A DNA stretch of 64,000 bases from a virus. Below the pieces are notes generated by a model. That model had not been told where the DNA came from. It did not search any database and saw only the letters and a list, made by a program, of their open reading frames with translations. Below are positions 49,592-58,440 of the stretch, one piece after another. The position numbers and the translations under genes were made by a program. The stretch's first letter is position 1. Every line of letters begins with the position of its first letter. The stretch is from the IMG/VR virus record IMGVR_UViG_3300028840_003168; one strand, written 5' to 3'.

Positions 49592-50566
49592 ATGCGTATT
49601 TACCTTTTTGTTGGTATGCTCTTGGCAGGGTGTTCTTTAGGCCCTACAGGCGAGGTTTACCTGGAGGACGAACTTGGAGGAGAGGTTCAAGATGGGGATG
49701 GGGCTTCTGACATTTTTGCTCAAGTGTTTGACGCTGAGGATGATTCTGGGACTGGGGATCGTCATGACGGGGGTCGTTCAGGTGGTCGTGACAGTGGTGT
49801 ACTTGAAGACGCGGGAGCAGAGGATGCTGGAACTGACTTCGATGGTGGGAATTCTTCTGGTGACGCTGGCGGCTCTGATGGTGACACTGACATAGATGTT
49901 GATGCAGACGCCGATGTGGATGCCGATTCAGATTCAGACAGTGACACTGACTCGGATGCTGATCCTCCATGCCCGTATAAGTGTGGTTCGGATTGTTCTG
50001 ATTGGGGCGCTGACCCTCTTCCAGGTTACCATTGTGATTTGGGTACTTGTTGTGACACTGGTATACCTTGGGACTGCGATCCTTCGATTATTGGAACCAC
50101 GACTCGGATCTGGCATGAGGAGACCTACCTTTGCTGGGACCGCGACTTTTTCACTGCTACTTTGTCTGAAGCTTTGGCTACGTGTGCTGCGGAAGGTGAA
50201 GGTTGGCGCGTACCGACAATTACTGAGTTAAGGAAGATAGTTGACAACTTCGGTACGTGCGATGACTTGATGTTTTCTCAGGGAGAATGTTTGGTTTCGG
50301 AGCAGTGTACTGCTTATGAATGTTTGGTGGAGGAGGACTGTGACTGCGATGCGTATAATCCTTATGGGTATTGTCGTTATAAGGATTCTTCTCCTCTAAT
50401 CAGTGGACCTGACTGCTACTGGCATGCTGATGGTTCCATGACCCCAGTTACCACCCTATTAACTGATTACATATGGACGTTGGATTTCAGGCACGGCACT
50501 ATCGAACCTGTGAACGCCCTCACCGAGGTCCTTCAGTGGCACTGTGTAAAAGATGGCCCAACCTGA
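49592..50566 (+). CDS. Lipoprotein with Asp-X repeat stalk and DUF1566 (Lcl C-terminal)-like domain
   Basis: GGAGG RBS; lipobox LAGC; (DX)n run; A...C.....GWRVPTITELRKIV...YW...W.LDF..G. Confidence 0.75.
   Translation: MRIYLFVGMLLAGCSLGPTGEVYLEDELGGEVQDGDGASDIFAQVFDAEDDSGTGDRHDGGRSGGRDSGVLEDAGAEDAGTDFDGGNSSGDAGGSDGDTDIDVDADADVDADSDSDSDTDSDADPPCPYKCGSDCSDWGADPLPGYHCDLGTCCDTGIPWDCDPSIIGTTTRIWHEETYLCWDRDFFTATLSEALATCAAEGEGWRVPTITELRKIVDNFGTCDDLMFSQGECLVSEQCTAYECLVEEDCDCDAYNPYGYCRYKDSSPLISGPDCYWHADGSMTPVTTLLTDYIWTLDFRHGTIEPVNALTEVLQWHCVKDGPT
49877..49963 (+). repeat. Degenerate GAY-NNN repeat encoding DGDTDIDVDADADVDADSDSDSDTDSDAD
   Basis: Read directly from the sequence. Confidence 0.85.
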
Positions 50567-50586
50567 AACTTTTTAACCTCCATATA

Positions 50587-50615
50587 TTGACAGGCTCCTG
50601 AAACTATGAAATAAA
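50587..50615 (+). promoter_or_regulatory. Sigma70-type promoter (weak -10)
   Basis: ATATTGACAG as in the two upstream promoters; TGn-AATAAA at 17-nt spacing; inverted repeat CTGAAAC/GTTTCAG. Confidence 0.5.
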
Positions 50616-50623
50616 GGGTTTCA

Positions 50624-51754
50624 GTGAGCGATTTTTTGAAAGGTTTAAAATGTTGGCGATGTGGAGAACTTCTGAGGGAACGAAAGGCCGACTACACAAC
50701 ATCCAAAGTGTTGATGTGTGTCAACAGAAGTTGTCCAAAGCCACCTAAAAAAGGAGAGAGTGACATGGGTGCAAGTTTTGTATGTGAAGGTTGTGGAAAG
50801 GTCTACAAGGAGAAGACATGGCTCGATAAGCATGCGGACAAGTGTCCTGCTTTGAAGCAGCCTGCTGCGGCTCCGAAGACCAAGAAAGCCCCGAAAACCA
50901 AAAAGGCCTCGAAGGCTGAGAAGGCCCCCGCTGCGAAGCCTCCGACCTACAAGGCCCCGGAGTCCAAAGTTGGCCCCACGCCGCCTGCGGCGACCCCGCC
51001 GAAGCTTACCGAGATCCCCATAGGTTCTGAGCTGATGCTCGATGGCGGTGTCTGGTGGCAGGACCCGGCCACGTTTCAGTGGGCGACGGCAACGGCTGTG
51101 GAGACCAAGGTCAAGGTTCAGCGTCGAGAGGTTCAGGACTCCGTGACCTTCCTGATGTGTCAGGCCGAGGGCAGCGAGGTTCTCTGGTCCATCGAGGAGT
51201 ACCGAGTTCTGGATGGCGAGATGCAGATCCTGCGTATTCCGGGTGCGGTGATTCCTACACCTCCGGTCGCGCCTCCTCCGGGTAAGTCGGCTGTGACCGA
51301 GGAGGAAGAGGCCAAGGCTGCGGTGATTGAAGCCTACCGTGAGGCGGCTGAGGAGTTTGTCAGTGCGAAGGAAGCCAAAGCCAAGGCTGAGTCGAAGATG
51401 AAGAAGGTTGACAAGGATAACCGTCCCATTATCGAACAGTTCGCCCGTGATTTCGGTGCGGAGTCGGACACCGGCAAGAAGGACTTTAAGATTGTTGATT
51501 ACGGGTTCTCCAACCATTTGGTTCGGGTTGCTGGGAAGTCTTCTGTCAAGCGCGACGAGAAGTCCATTGTTGAGTGGTGTCTCAAGAACGGCCACACGGA
51601 ATGCCTCACCCAGCGGCTGAACGTCGAGGTCTGGGATGCGCTCAAGAGCGCCGGTATCGTTCCGCAGGAGTTCATTTCCGAGGTTGAGGAGCCGATTGAG
51701 GGCAAGGACAGGTTCAGTCTTTATCTCAAACGCGCTGACGAGGACGACGAGTAG
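50624..51754 (+). CDS. Zinc-finger protein with K/A/P-rich linker and Gam/gp157-like C-terminus; alternative start 50765
   Basis: CWRC..CVNRSC ribbon; FVCEGCGKVYKEKTWLDKHADKC finger; coiled coil. AAGGAG RBS precedes ATG 50765. Confidence 0.55.
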   Translation: MSDFLKGLKCWRCGELLRERKADYTTSKVLMCVNRSCPKPPKKGESDMGASFVCEGCGKVYKEKTWLDKHADKCPALKQPAAAPKTKKAPKTKKASKAEKAPAAKPPTYKAPESKVGPTPPAATPPKLTEIPIGSELMLDGGVWWQDPATFQWATATAVETKVKVQRREVQDSVTFLMCQAEGSEVLWSIEEYRVLDGEMQILRIPGAVIPTPPVAPPPGKSAVTEEEEAKAAVIEAYREAAEEFVSAKEAKAKAESKMKKVDKDNRPIIEQFARDFGAESDTGKKDFKIVDYGFSNHLVRVAGKSSVKRDEKSIVEWCLKNGHTECLTQRLNVEVWDALKSAGIVPQEFISEVEEPIEGKDRFSLYLKRADEDDE

Positions 51755-51886
51755 TTGGTTTTCCTTCCTGACGAGTTCAGGCGTTATCAACGGCGTCAGT
51801 GGCTCATCTCTTTCCTGAAACGTTTCATTATCCCGTTTTTGATACTATTTTACATATTTCTTTGCGTGACTATGCACGAGTAGGAT

Positions 51887-51902
51887 CTTTTTTGGTATCT
51901 TC
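51887..51902 (+). promoter_or_regulatory. Candidate extended -10 promoter giving a leaderless transcript
   Basis: CTTTTTTGGTATCTTC; ATG 51908 starts 7 nt after TATCTT and has no SD. Confidence 0.45.
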
Positions 51903-51907
51903 CGTGT

Positions 51908-53443
51908 ATGGCGATTTTACTCATAGACGGGAATCCTCTCATATGGAGGGCCTACCACACGGTAGGTTTGGACAATGAGGGTGTACTTCGTGGCATAGTC
52001 AGTACCGTATTCAAACTCATAGAACAGTTTGGTAACAGCCCTGCTCTGGTTTTCTGGGATTCAGGTCGTTGTCGGTGGAGGAGTGCCGTGTACCCGGAGT
52101 ACAAAGGTGCAAGGTCTAAACGTCGAGAGGACCAGGATGAGGAGGAGCTTGAGGAGGTATTCAGGCAAACCGATGTTGCCAAGAAGTTTATCGGTGACCT
52201 CGGGGTACGTCAGATACAGGTTCGTGGGGTTGAAGCTGATGACCTGATAGGTTGGTTCTCTTCATATCTGTCCGAATCCTTTCAGTACCATACGATTATC
52301 TGCACTACAGATAAGGACCTTTGGCAGTTGGTATCCGGGCGTCAGGTGTCTGTTTACGATGTTATCAAGAAGGAGCAGGTGGATGGCGACTCGGCTGGAG
52401 CGTCTTTCGGGGTGGCTCCGCATCTGATACCTGCTTTCAAGTCCCTGGTGGGTGACTCCTCGGACAGTATTCAGGGTGTAAAGGGTATAGGCCCCAAAAC
52501 TGCCAGGACTCTTTTGGGCGAGTACGGAGACCTTTCAGGTATTCTGGATAACCAGTCCGAACTCATGAAGTCCAAGCGGACGGCGGCTATTTTTGACAAT
52601 TTAGAGCAGTTGAACCTGGCTTGGCGCCTCGTTACCTTGTCGAGCCACAGGGAGATGCGCTGGTGTCTGAATGACCGGGAATCTGCGGAATTTGTGCAAG
52701 TTTTGAACAAAGAGGTGAAAAGAGAGCCTCTAGGTGCCCAGGTGGCTGCGGAAAGGCTTGGATTTATGCCGCCAGAGCAACCAGGGGCCTCTGTGCTGTC
52801 CTCGGAGGTAATGTCAGGTATGAGCAGCTTCGTACAGAAGGAGAGCGAGGAGGGGCTCGGTACGCTTCCCTCACTGGATGTTCTGATTGGTGAGTGCAAT
52901 CAGTGTGCGCTTCGTGGATGTTGCAGCACCTACGGCCCAACCCTTCCTCAAGGGTATGATGATGTAGAGATCATGATTATCGGGAGGAATCCCGGATATG
53001 ATGAGCTGCTCGAAGGGCGACCTTTTGTGGGTCGTGCTGGAGAACGTTTGGACCGGTTTCTGGATGATGTAGGGCTGACACGGCGCGAGGTCTGGGTGAC
53101 TAACACCTGCAAGTGCTATTCTGAAGGTAACCGGCCACCCTCTTACGGGGAGATCATGGCATGTTCTCGGTACCTGAGAGCTGAGATCAGCATCATCAAG
53201 CCGAAGTTCATCATGACCTTCGGGAACGAGGCCATGTCCATGGTGACGCCTCATGGAAGTAATGTGACGGGTCACTGTGGGACGATATTCGATAATCCTC
53301 ATGGGTTGCTGCTGGACATGGACATCCAGGCAAAGGTTGCCGTGTGCGTCCACCCTTCCGCAGCCCTGCGATCCGCAAAGAGTGAGACTGAGATGAACTA
53401 CTGCGCTGAGAAAGTGCGCGAACTTTTGGAGAGTGTGAAATGA
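51908..53443 (+). CDS. 5'-3' exonuclease (FEN/PolI N-terminal) fused to family 4-like uracil-DNA glycosylase
   Basis: Exonuclease motifs LIDGN, EYKG.R, EADD, DKD, GDSSDSIQGVKGIGPKTA. UDG motifs CNQC, GRNPG, PFVGRAG, TNTCKC, NRPP, HPSAALR. Confidence 0.85.
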   Translation: MAILLIDGNPLIWRAYHTVGLDNEGVLRGIVSTVFKLIEQFGNSPALVFWDSGRCRWRSAVYPEYKGARSKRREDQDEEELEEVFRQTDVAKKFIGDLGVRQIQVRGVEADDLIGWFSSYLSESFQYHTIICTTDKDLWQLVSGRQVSVYDVIKKEQVDGDSAGASFGVAPHLIPAFKSLVGDSSDSIQGVKGIGPKTARTLLGEYGDLSGILDNQSELMKSKRTAAIFDNLEQLNLAWRLVTLSSHREMRWCLNDRESAEFVQVLNKEVKREPLGAQVAAERLGFMPPEQPGASVLSSEVMSGMSSFVQKESEEGLGTLPSLDVLIGECNQCALRGCCSTYGPTLPQGYDDVEIMIIGRNPGYDELLEGRPFVGRAGERLDRFLDDVGLTRREVWVTNTCKCYSEGNRPPSYGEIMACSRYLRAEISIIKPKFIMTFGNEAMSMVTPHGSNVTGHCGTIFDNPHGLLLDMDIQAKVAVCVHPSAALRSAKSETEMNYCAEKVRELLESVK

Positions 53444-53979
53444 CAGACGAAGAAAAGGTAGCGGAACCGGAGAAACCTGCTTCACGGATTTCTATATCCC
53501 CGACGAACACTGAGTTAGAACCTCCTCACAGGTATCACTTACCGGATGAGCGTCCGAGCAGGACTGTAGGGTTCACGATCTACCCTCCGAATGAGGAGGA
53601 CCCGAAAGGTGATCCGCCTCCTCCTGTAAAAGGTACTTTTGTCGTGGGTTTCTATCCAGACAAGACTCCTGGGGAGCTCTTTGTGCGCGTTGAGAAGGAG
53701 GGCTCCGAGGTTCATGGTTGGGCGGATTGCTGGGCCATTGCAGTTTCTTTGCTGCTTCAGTACGGCATTCCCCCCACGAAGATCTATGAGAAGTTCATGT
53801 GGCAGAACTTCAAACCTCAAGGTCTGACCAACAACCAGGCCGCTTTCACCTGCAAGTCGATAATCGATCTCATCATGAAGTGGATGTCGAAGAACCTCCC
53901 GCCCACGGCCAAAGTGGAGTCTCCCGAATCTGCCGAGTACGAGGCTATCATTGAGTCTGTGGTGGGGGGCGACGAGTGA
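53440..53979 (+). CDS. Stand-alone TSCPD-type domain (C-terminal part of class II ribonucleotide reductase)
   Basis: VGFYPD.TPGELFV...KEGS......AIAVSLLLQYGIP....KF....F.P.G.....SIID. Confidence 0.75.
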   Translation: MTDEEKVAEPEKPASRISISPTNTELEPPHRYHLPDERPSRTVGFTIYPPNEEDPKGDPPPPVKGTFVVGFYPDKTPGELFVRVEKEGSEVHGWADCWAIAVSLLLQYGIPPTKIYEKFMWQNFKPQGLTNNQAAFTCKSIIDLIMKWMSKNLPPTAKVESPESAEYEAIIESVVGGDE

Positions 53980-54404
53980 GAATCGTTCTTCAGATCGGAT
54001 ACCTGAAGTCTATGGGGTATCGGAAGTACGGTCAGTCTGTCAGGGCGTTCATAAATGATGAGGAATGTTCCTGGCAGGATGATACCGGAAAATATATTTC
54101 ATCTAAAGTTGACGCCAGCAAAGGTTTGCTCTGGTATCTTTGGTCTGGAGAGGCAGAGCCCGAAGACGTTATCCGGGTGGAGGTGAAGACTTCAGTTGTA
54201 GGTGCCGGTCCCGATGAAAACAGGACATTTGAGGCACTGTATTACGTTGATGCGGGTGCCCCTGTTCGGGAGATTGAGGTAGCTGGAGTTGGTCACAAGA
54301 GGTATCCGCTTCTTAAAGGGAGGTTGCGGAAGATGGGTTCGGTTTCCGAGAGCGATAAGCGGGAATCGGAAATTTCGGAGTTCATGGAGGACGAGAGCTT
54401 CTGA
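53976..54404 (+). CDS. Hypothetical protein
   Basis: Coupled to both neighbours. Confidence 0.55.
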   Translation: MRIVLQIGYLKSMGYRKYGQSVRAFINDEECSWQDDTGKYISSKVDASKGLLWYLWSGEAEPEDVIRVEVKTSVVGAGPDENRTFEALYYVDAGAPVREIEVAGVGHKRYPLLKGRLRKMGSVSESDKRESEISEFMEDESF

Positions 54405-56218
54405 TGCTGGACATCTACATGCGGGACAAAAAGTATTTCGTGACCCTTGATCAGAGTCATGAACATTACGGACGCGCCTACATCATCCTGAAGTCGATGT
54501 TGACTACCAAGGAGCAGCAGGATGGGAGGACTTTTTCTATCGGGTATGAAGATCTCCCGTTTCTGAGGAAGAAGATGATTTCGTTTGGGTTGCTGCCCTA
54601 TTGCACCATTACCGAGGAAGCTCACCAGTTCGGGGAGTGGCTTCAGTCGTGCAGGGACTATGAGGCTGCTTTAAAATCAGGTTCCCACGATGCCCAGACT
54701 CTCAGTCTCCTGGAGGGGAAGCTGAAAAACCCGTTGTACGCGGACCAGGTTACTGCTGTGTCCTATCTGCTTTATAAAGGCAGTGCGGGTCTGTTTGACG
54801 ATATGGGATCGGGCAAGACCCTTATTAGCCTTGCGGTGGCGGCGGCTCTGGGAGACCAGGTTAGGCGCACCCTTGTGATTTGTCCGCACAACGTAATATT
54901 CGGGTTCCTTCGTGAGATAAACAAGCACACCTATTTTAAGGGAATTGCAGTGCCGTCCGGTCGGAAGACTTCAGTGAAGTTCCTTCAAGACGCTATGCAG
55001 GATGACTGGGATTTTCTGCTTGTGCATCCTGAAAACCTGATAGGGATTAAGAAAGACGTTTATGGGTCTTTGACAGAGTTTCTCAGTCAGCAATGGTTCG
55101 ATATGATCATTTCTGACGAGTTTCATATGTACAAGAACCTGAGTGCCAAGCGTACAAAATGTGTTTTGAAGCTAATGAAGGATATTAGAAATCGGGAGGG
55201 TGGCTATCCTCGATGTATTCCGATGACCGGTACGCCGATTTCGGAAACTCCTGTGAATGCCTATACCATCTTGAGGTTGTTGAGTTTCGATCAGATGCCG
55301 CATATTACCCGGTTTGAGAATTATTACTGCGAGAAGCGGACAGTTCAGTTCGGGAAAGGTGGCCCGGTTGCCAAGAAGGTTGTAGGTTTCAAGAATCTGG
55401 ATGAGTTGAAGGCCAGAATAGAGCATGTTTCCATACGTCGAACCAAGGATGACATGAAAGGTTTTCCCGATAAGATAGAGGTCATTCGGGATATAGAGCT
55501 TACAGGACGCCAGAAGGTTTTGTACAAGGCTATTTGCGGGGAAGTGGTTGCCGAGTTGGGGTTATCGACTCGAATAAACCTGATGTCCTTTCTACAAAAC
55601 AGTAATTCTGTGCTGCGTCTCAGGCAGTTGATGAATCACCCTAATCTTTTGAACGAGGAGGGTGAGTCCGCAAAGTACAAGGAAATCGATCTTATCCTGG
55701 ACGAGCTGTTTACCGACCCGGAGGCGAAGGCGGTTATCTGGACCGCGTATAGGCAGTCGGCGCAGAATCTCTATGAGAGGTATAAGAGCCTTTATGGGGC
55801 AGTCAAAATCATTGGCGGTATGAATGAGGCTGTTTTTGAGAGGACGGCTTATGAATTCGAGAACCAGGACGCTCCTCGGGTGGCTGTCTGTACCGCGGAA
55901 AAGGCTGGTACCGGCACAGACTTTCTTGCCAGGGCGAGAACGGCCATCTACACAGATCGGCCACACTCGTATGTTTTGTATAAGCAATCGATGGATCGTA
56001 TTCACCGAAGGGTAACGTCTTCCAACAACCCAAATCAGTTGGATCGCATACGGGCTCAACCGGCGACACTGATTTTCCTGGATGTGGTGAACTCCGTGGA
56101 TGCCCTGGTTCGGGACCAGCTGATGGGCAAGCAGGATGTCGCCCAGGCGATGACCACCGGGAACCAGAAACTTGTAGAGATCGGCAGGGCCGATTTATTG
56201 AAGTATTTTAAGCTATGA
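54404..56218 (+). CDS. SNF2-family helicase/translocase
   Basis: DDMGSGKT, LVICP, DEFH, TGTP, LRLRQ..NHP and QSMDRIHR motifs. Confidence 0.9.
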   Translation: MLDIYMRDKKYFVTLDQSHEHYGRAYIILKSMLTTKEQQDGRTFSIGYEDLPFLRKKMISFGLLPYCTITEEAHQFGEWLQSCRDYEAALKSGSHDAQTLSLLEGKLKNPLYADQVTAVSYLLYKGSAGLFDDMGSGKTLISLAVAAALGDQVRRTLVICPHNVIFGFLREINKHTYFKGIAVPSGRKTSVKFLQDAMQDDWDFLLVHPENLIGIKKDVYGSLTEFLSQQWFDMIISDEFHMYKNLSAKRTKCVLKLMKDIRNREGGYPRCIPMTGTPISETPVNAYTILRLLSFDQMPHITRFENYYCEKRTVQFGKGGPVAKKVVGFKNLDELKARIEHVSIRRTKDDMKGFPDKIEVIRDIELTGRQKVLYKAICGEVVAELGLSTRINLMSFLQNSNSVLRLRQLMNHPNLLNEEGESAKYKEIDLILDELFTDPEAKAVIWTAYRQSAQNLYERYKSLYGAVKIIGGMNEAVFERTAYEFENQDAPRVAVCTAEKAGTGTDFLARARTAIYTDRPHSYVLYKQSMDRIHRRVTSSNNPNQLDRIRAQPATLIFLDVVNSVDALVRDQLMGKQDVAQAMTTGNQKLVEIGRADLLKYFKL

Positions 56219-57336
56219 GAAATCTTTTGTTGATGAATAGGATGTTGGACCGGGATACGGGCATCGTATTGCCCGATGGCCGTGTGTACAAGCCTATCTA
56301 TAATTATGGGTTTTCCAGGGAGTCCATGAAGGGTGTTTTTGAGGTCTGCCACCAGGTATCTTCGCAGATGTGGGGTTATTTTGGTTATAGTGGGCTTATT
56401 TCTCCCTGGCAGGATGATCCTGATCCTCGGGCACAGTTTAATTTTCAACAGAAGACTATTTTGTCCTTGATGAAGTTTCTTGAGGATGAAGACATCGATC
56501 TGTGGTCGTATTGCGTCCTGGTTTGCGCTGTATCGGACTACACGCGGTACGAGAGGCCTGCTCTCCTGTTTGGGCAACGAACCCATCGCAGCTGGATGAA
56601 GAAGCTCAGAAAGCATGCTGGGAGCCGTCAGAGGGTAAAGGATGTTGCTACTTTCATGTTGAGGTTTATTGAACTCCAGGTGGAGCATCGAGGTGTGGCC
56701 CAGGTCAGGATCAAAAACATTCTGGGCACCGAGGTTGGTGGCCGCAAAAAGGCTTTTATTACTTATCACAGGATAGCGGATCGCATAAAGCAGATGGTGG
56801 AGCTGGAACTGGACTGGCTCGACTGGCTTGCGCTGAAGGTGAGGAATTTCCTGGATTTCCGACCGAAGGAGATGCCTCTAATCAAGATGATAGTAAACTT
56901 CAACAACCTGGACCCGGATATGAATGCGCTCAGACGGAAGATGGATGACCGTTGGCGGGAGATACGGGAGTTCCTGAACCTATCTGATTCCTGTGAGTTC
57001 CCGGATGGCTACATCCCGAAGGGGTGGGTGCCCTCAAATGATGATTTCAAGGACTCCAAGAATATTGCCAGGATACGTGGTGATGGTTTTTATTTCTATC
57101 CGAACGGTGAGCAGCGTAGAGGCAAGAGGCACTATGCCTCCAATACCTATTTCGGGATAAGGTGTGACCCAACGAATTTTCACATGTTCCGTAAGGACTG
57201 GCACAAGACTTCGCTGCTCACATCCAGACCGAAGTGGGAGGAGTACAGGGACTACGCTATTTCTCCTGGGAGATGGGACGAGAAAGGTGAACCGGACAAG
57301 CCATGGGGCAGGAAAGTGAAGTGGAGGACACGATGA
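56215..57336 (+). CDS. Basic hypothetical protein (possible replication factor)
   Basis: 373 aa; coupled within the replication cluster; no motif recognised. Confidence 0.5.
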   Translation: MRNLLLMNRMLDRDTGIVLPDGRVYKPIYNYGFSRESMKGVFEVCHQVSSQMWGYFGYSGLISPWQDDPDPRAQFNFQQKTILSLMKFLEDEDIDLWSYCVLVCAVSDYTRYERPALLFGQRTHRSWMKKLRKHAGSRQRVKDVATFMLRFIELQVEHRGVAQVRIKNILGTEVGGRKKAFITYHRIADRIKQMVELELDWLDWLALKVRNFLDFRPKEMPLIKMIVNFNNLDPDMNALRRKMDDRWREIREFLNLSDSCEFPDGYIPKGWVPSNDDFKDSKNIARIRGDGFYFYPNGEQRRGKRHYASNTYFGIRCDPTNFHMFRKDWHKTSLLTSRPKWEEYRDYAISPGRWDEKGEPDKPWGRKVKWRTR

Positions 57337-57740
57337 CAAATGAAGAATATATCAAACTGGTGTTGGAGACGGAGAGCATTGATATTAGTGCCATTCAGGA
57401 GCGTCTTGGCGACCCGCAGGTGGTGAGGCTCGTGCATGCGGCTATGGGGATGGTCACTGAGGCGGGAGAACTTCTGGATATGCTCAAAAAGCATTTGTTC
57501 TATGGCAGGGAGCTGGATCTTGTGAACGTGGAGGAGGAACTTGGGGATTCTTTATGGTATCTCGGTTTAGCGGTGGACGATATGCGGGAGATGGGTTACG
57601 ACACCAGCATTGAACAGATCCAGGAAAAGAATATTGCCAAGTTGAGGAAACGCTATGGGGAGAAGTTTTCTAAGGACGCTGCGCTGACCCGAGACCTGGA
57701 TGCGGAGAGGAAAATTCTCGAAGATGGACCTCAAGACTGA
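57333..57740 (+). CDS. mazG: MazG-like nucleotide pyrophosphohydrolase
   Basis: MGMVTEAGELLD..KK, EEELGD..WY and NIAKLRKRY motifs. Confidence 0.88.
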   Translation: MTNEEYIKLVLETESIDISAIQERLGDPQVVRLVHAAMGMVTEAGELLDMLKKHLFYGRELDLVNVEEELGDSLWYLGLAVDDMREMGYDTSIEQIQEKNIAKLRKRYGEKFSKDAALTRDLDAERKILEDGPQD

Positions 57741-58440
57741 GCTACTGTCGGAGTGTGACCGGTGCGGCCACACCGGGGTGATCGGTACGGAGCTGTGTGA
57801 GTGTTCGTACAGGTTCAGGGCACTCAATCGCATGGTGTATACGGGGTTTAATCTGAAGACCTCGAAGCTCGTTTCGGGTGACTATCATATTCCTGAGATA
57901 GAGTCCGGTGAGGAGTATCTGGATTACTATCTGGACAATCCTGAAGCGGTTGAGAAAAGTGGTCTAGGTCTTTATCTTTATTCCAGGGAGAAGGGCCGTG
58001 GAAAAACCACTCTGGCGCATCGGCTAGTGTTCCAGGTGGCCAGGTATTTTGCCCACACGTCCAGGTACAAGCGAGATCGAAATTATGCGTTTGAGCGTAC
58101 CGACAGGTTTTTGGCCGATAAAGATTCCGGTCTGTGGAAATCTTCTTTCTATGTACTTGATGACCTCGGCGCCGAGGACGGTTCCGCTTCCTGGACGAGG
58201 AAGAAAGCTCTTTCAGCATTTCAAGAGCTTCTGCATTTCAGGAGAGACAATCAGTTACCAACGATAATCACCTCGAACTATGAACCTTCAGATTTGTCAC
58301 GCCTGTATGATGGGGTGCTGGATTCCCTTTTGGAGATATCGCCTGATGGATACCTGGGAGGTGTCATGTTCCGTCAGGTTGAAATAGGCGGCGGGGAAGA
58401 CTTCAGACTGTCTAAAGAGGAGAGCGCATGGCCTCTGTAG
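57724..58440 (+). CDS. DnaC/IstB-like helicase loader ATPase
   Basis: CxxC...CxC; KGRGKT; VLDDLG; TIITSN. Confidence 0.8.
   Translation: MDLKTELLSECDRCGHTGVIGTELCECSYRFRALNRMVYTGFNLKTSKLVSGDYHIPEIESGEEYLDYYLDNPEAVEKSGLGLYLYSREKGRGKTTLAHRLVFQVARYFAHTSRYKRDRNYAFERTDRFLADKDSGLWKSSFYVLDDLGAEDGSASWTRKKALSAFQELLHFRRDNQLPTIITSNYEPSDLSRLYDGVLDSLLEISPDGYLGGVMFRQVEIGGGEDFRLSKEESAWPL

Noticed and set aside
49592-50566. Diversity-generating retroelement targeting the DUF1566-like gene or the tail spike
   Set aside because: No reverse transcriptase and no adenine-variant repeat pair seen in this window.
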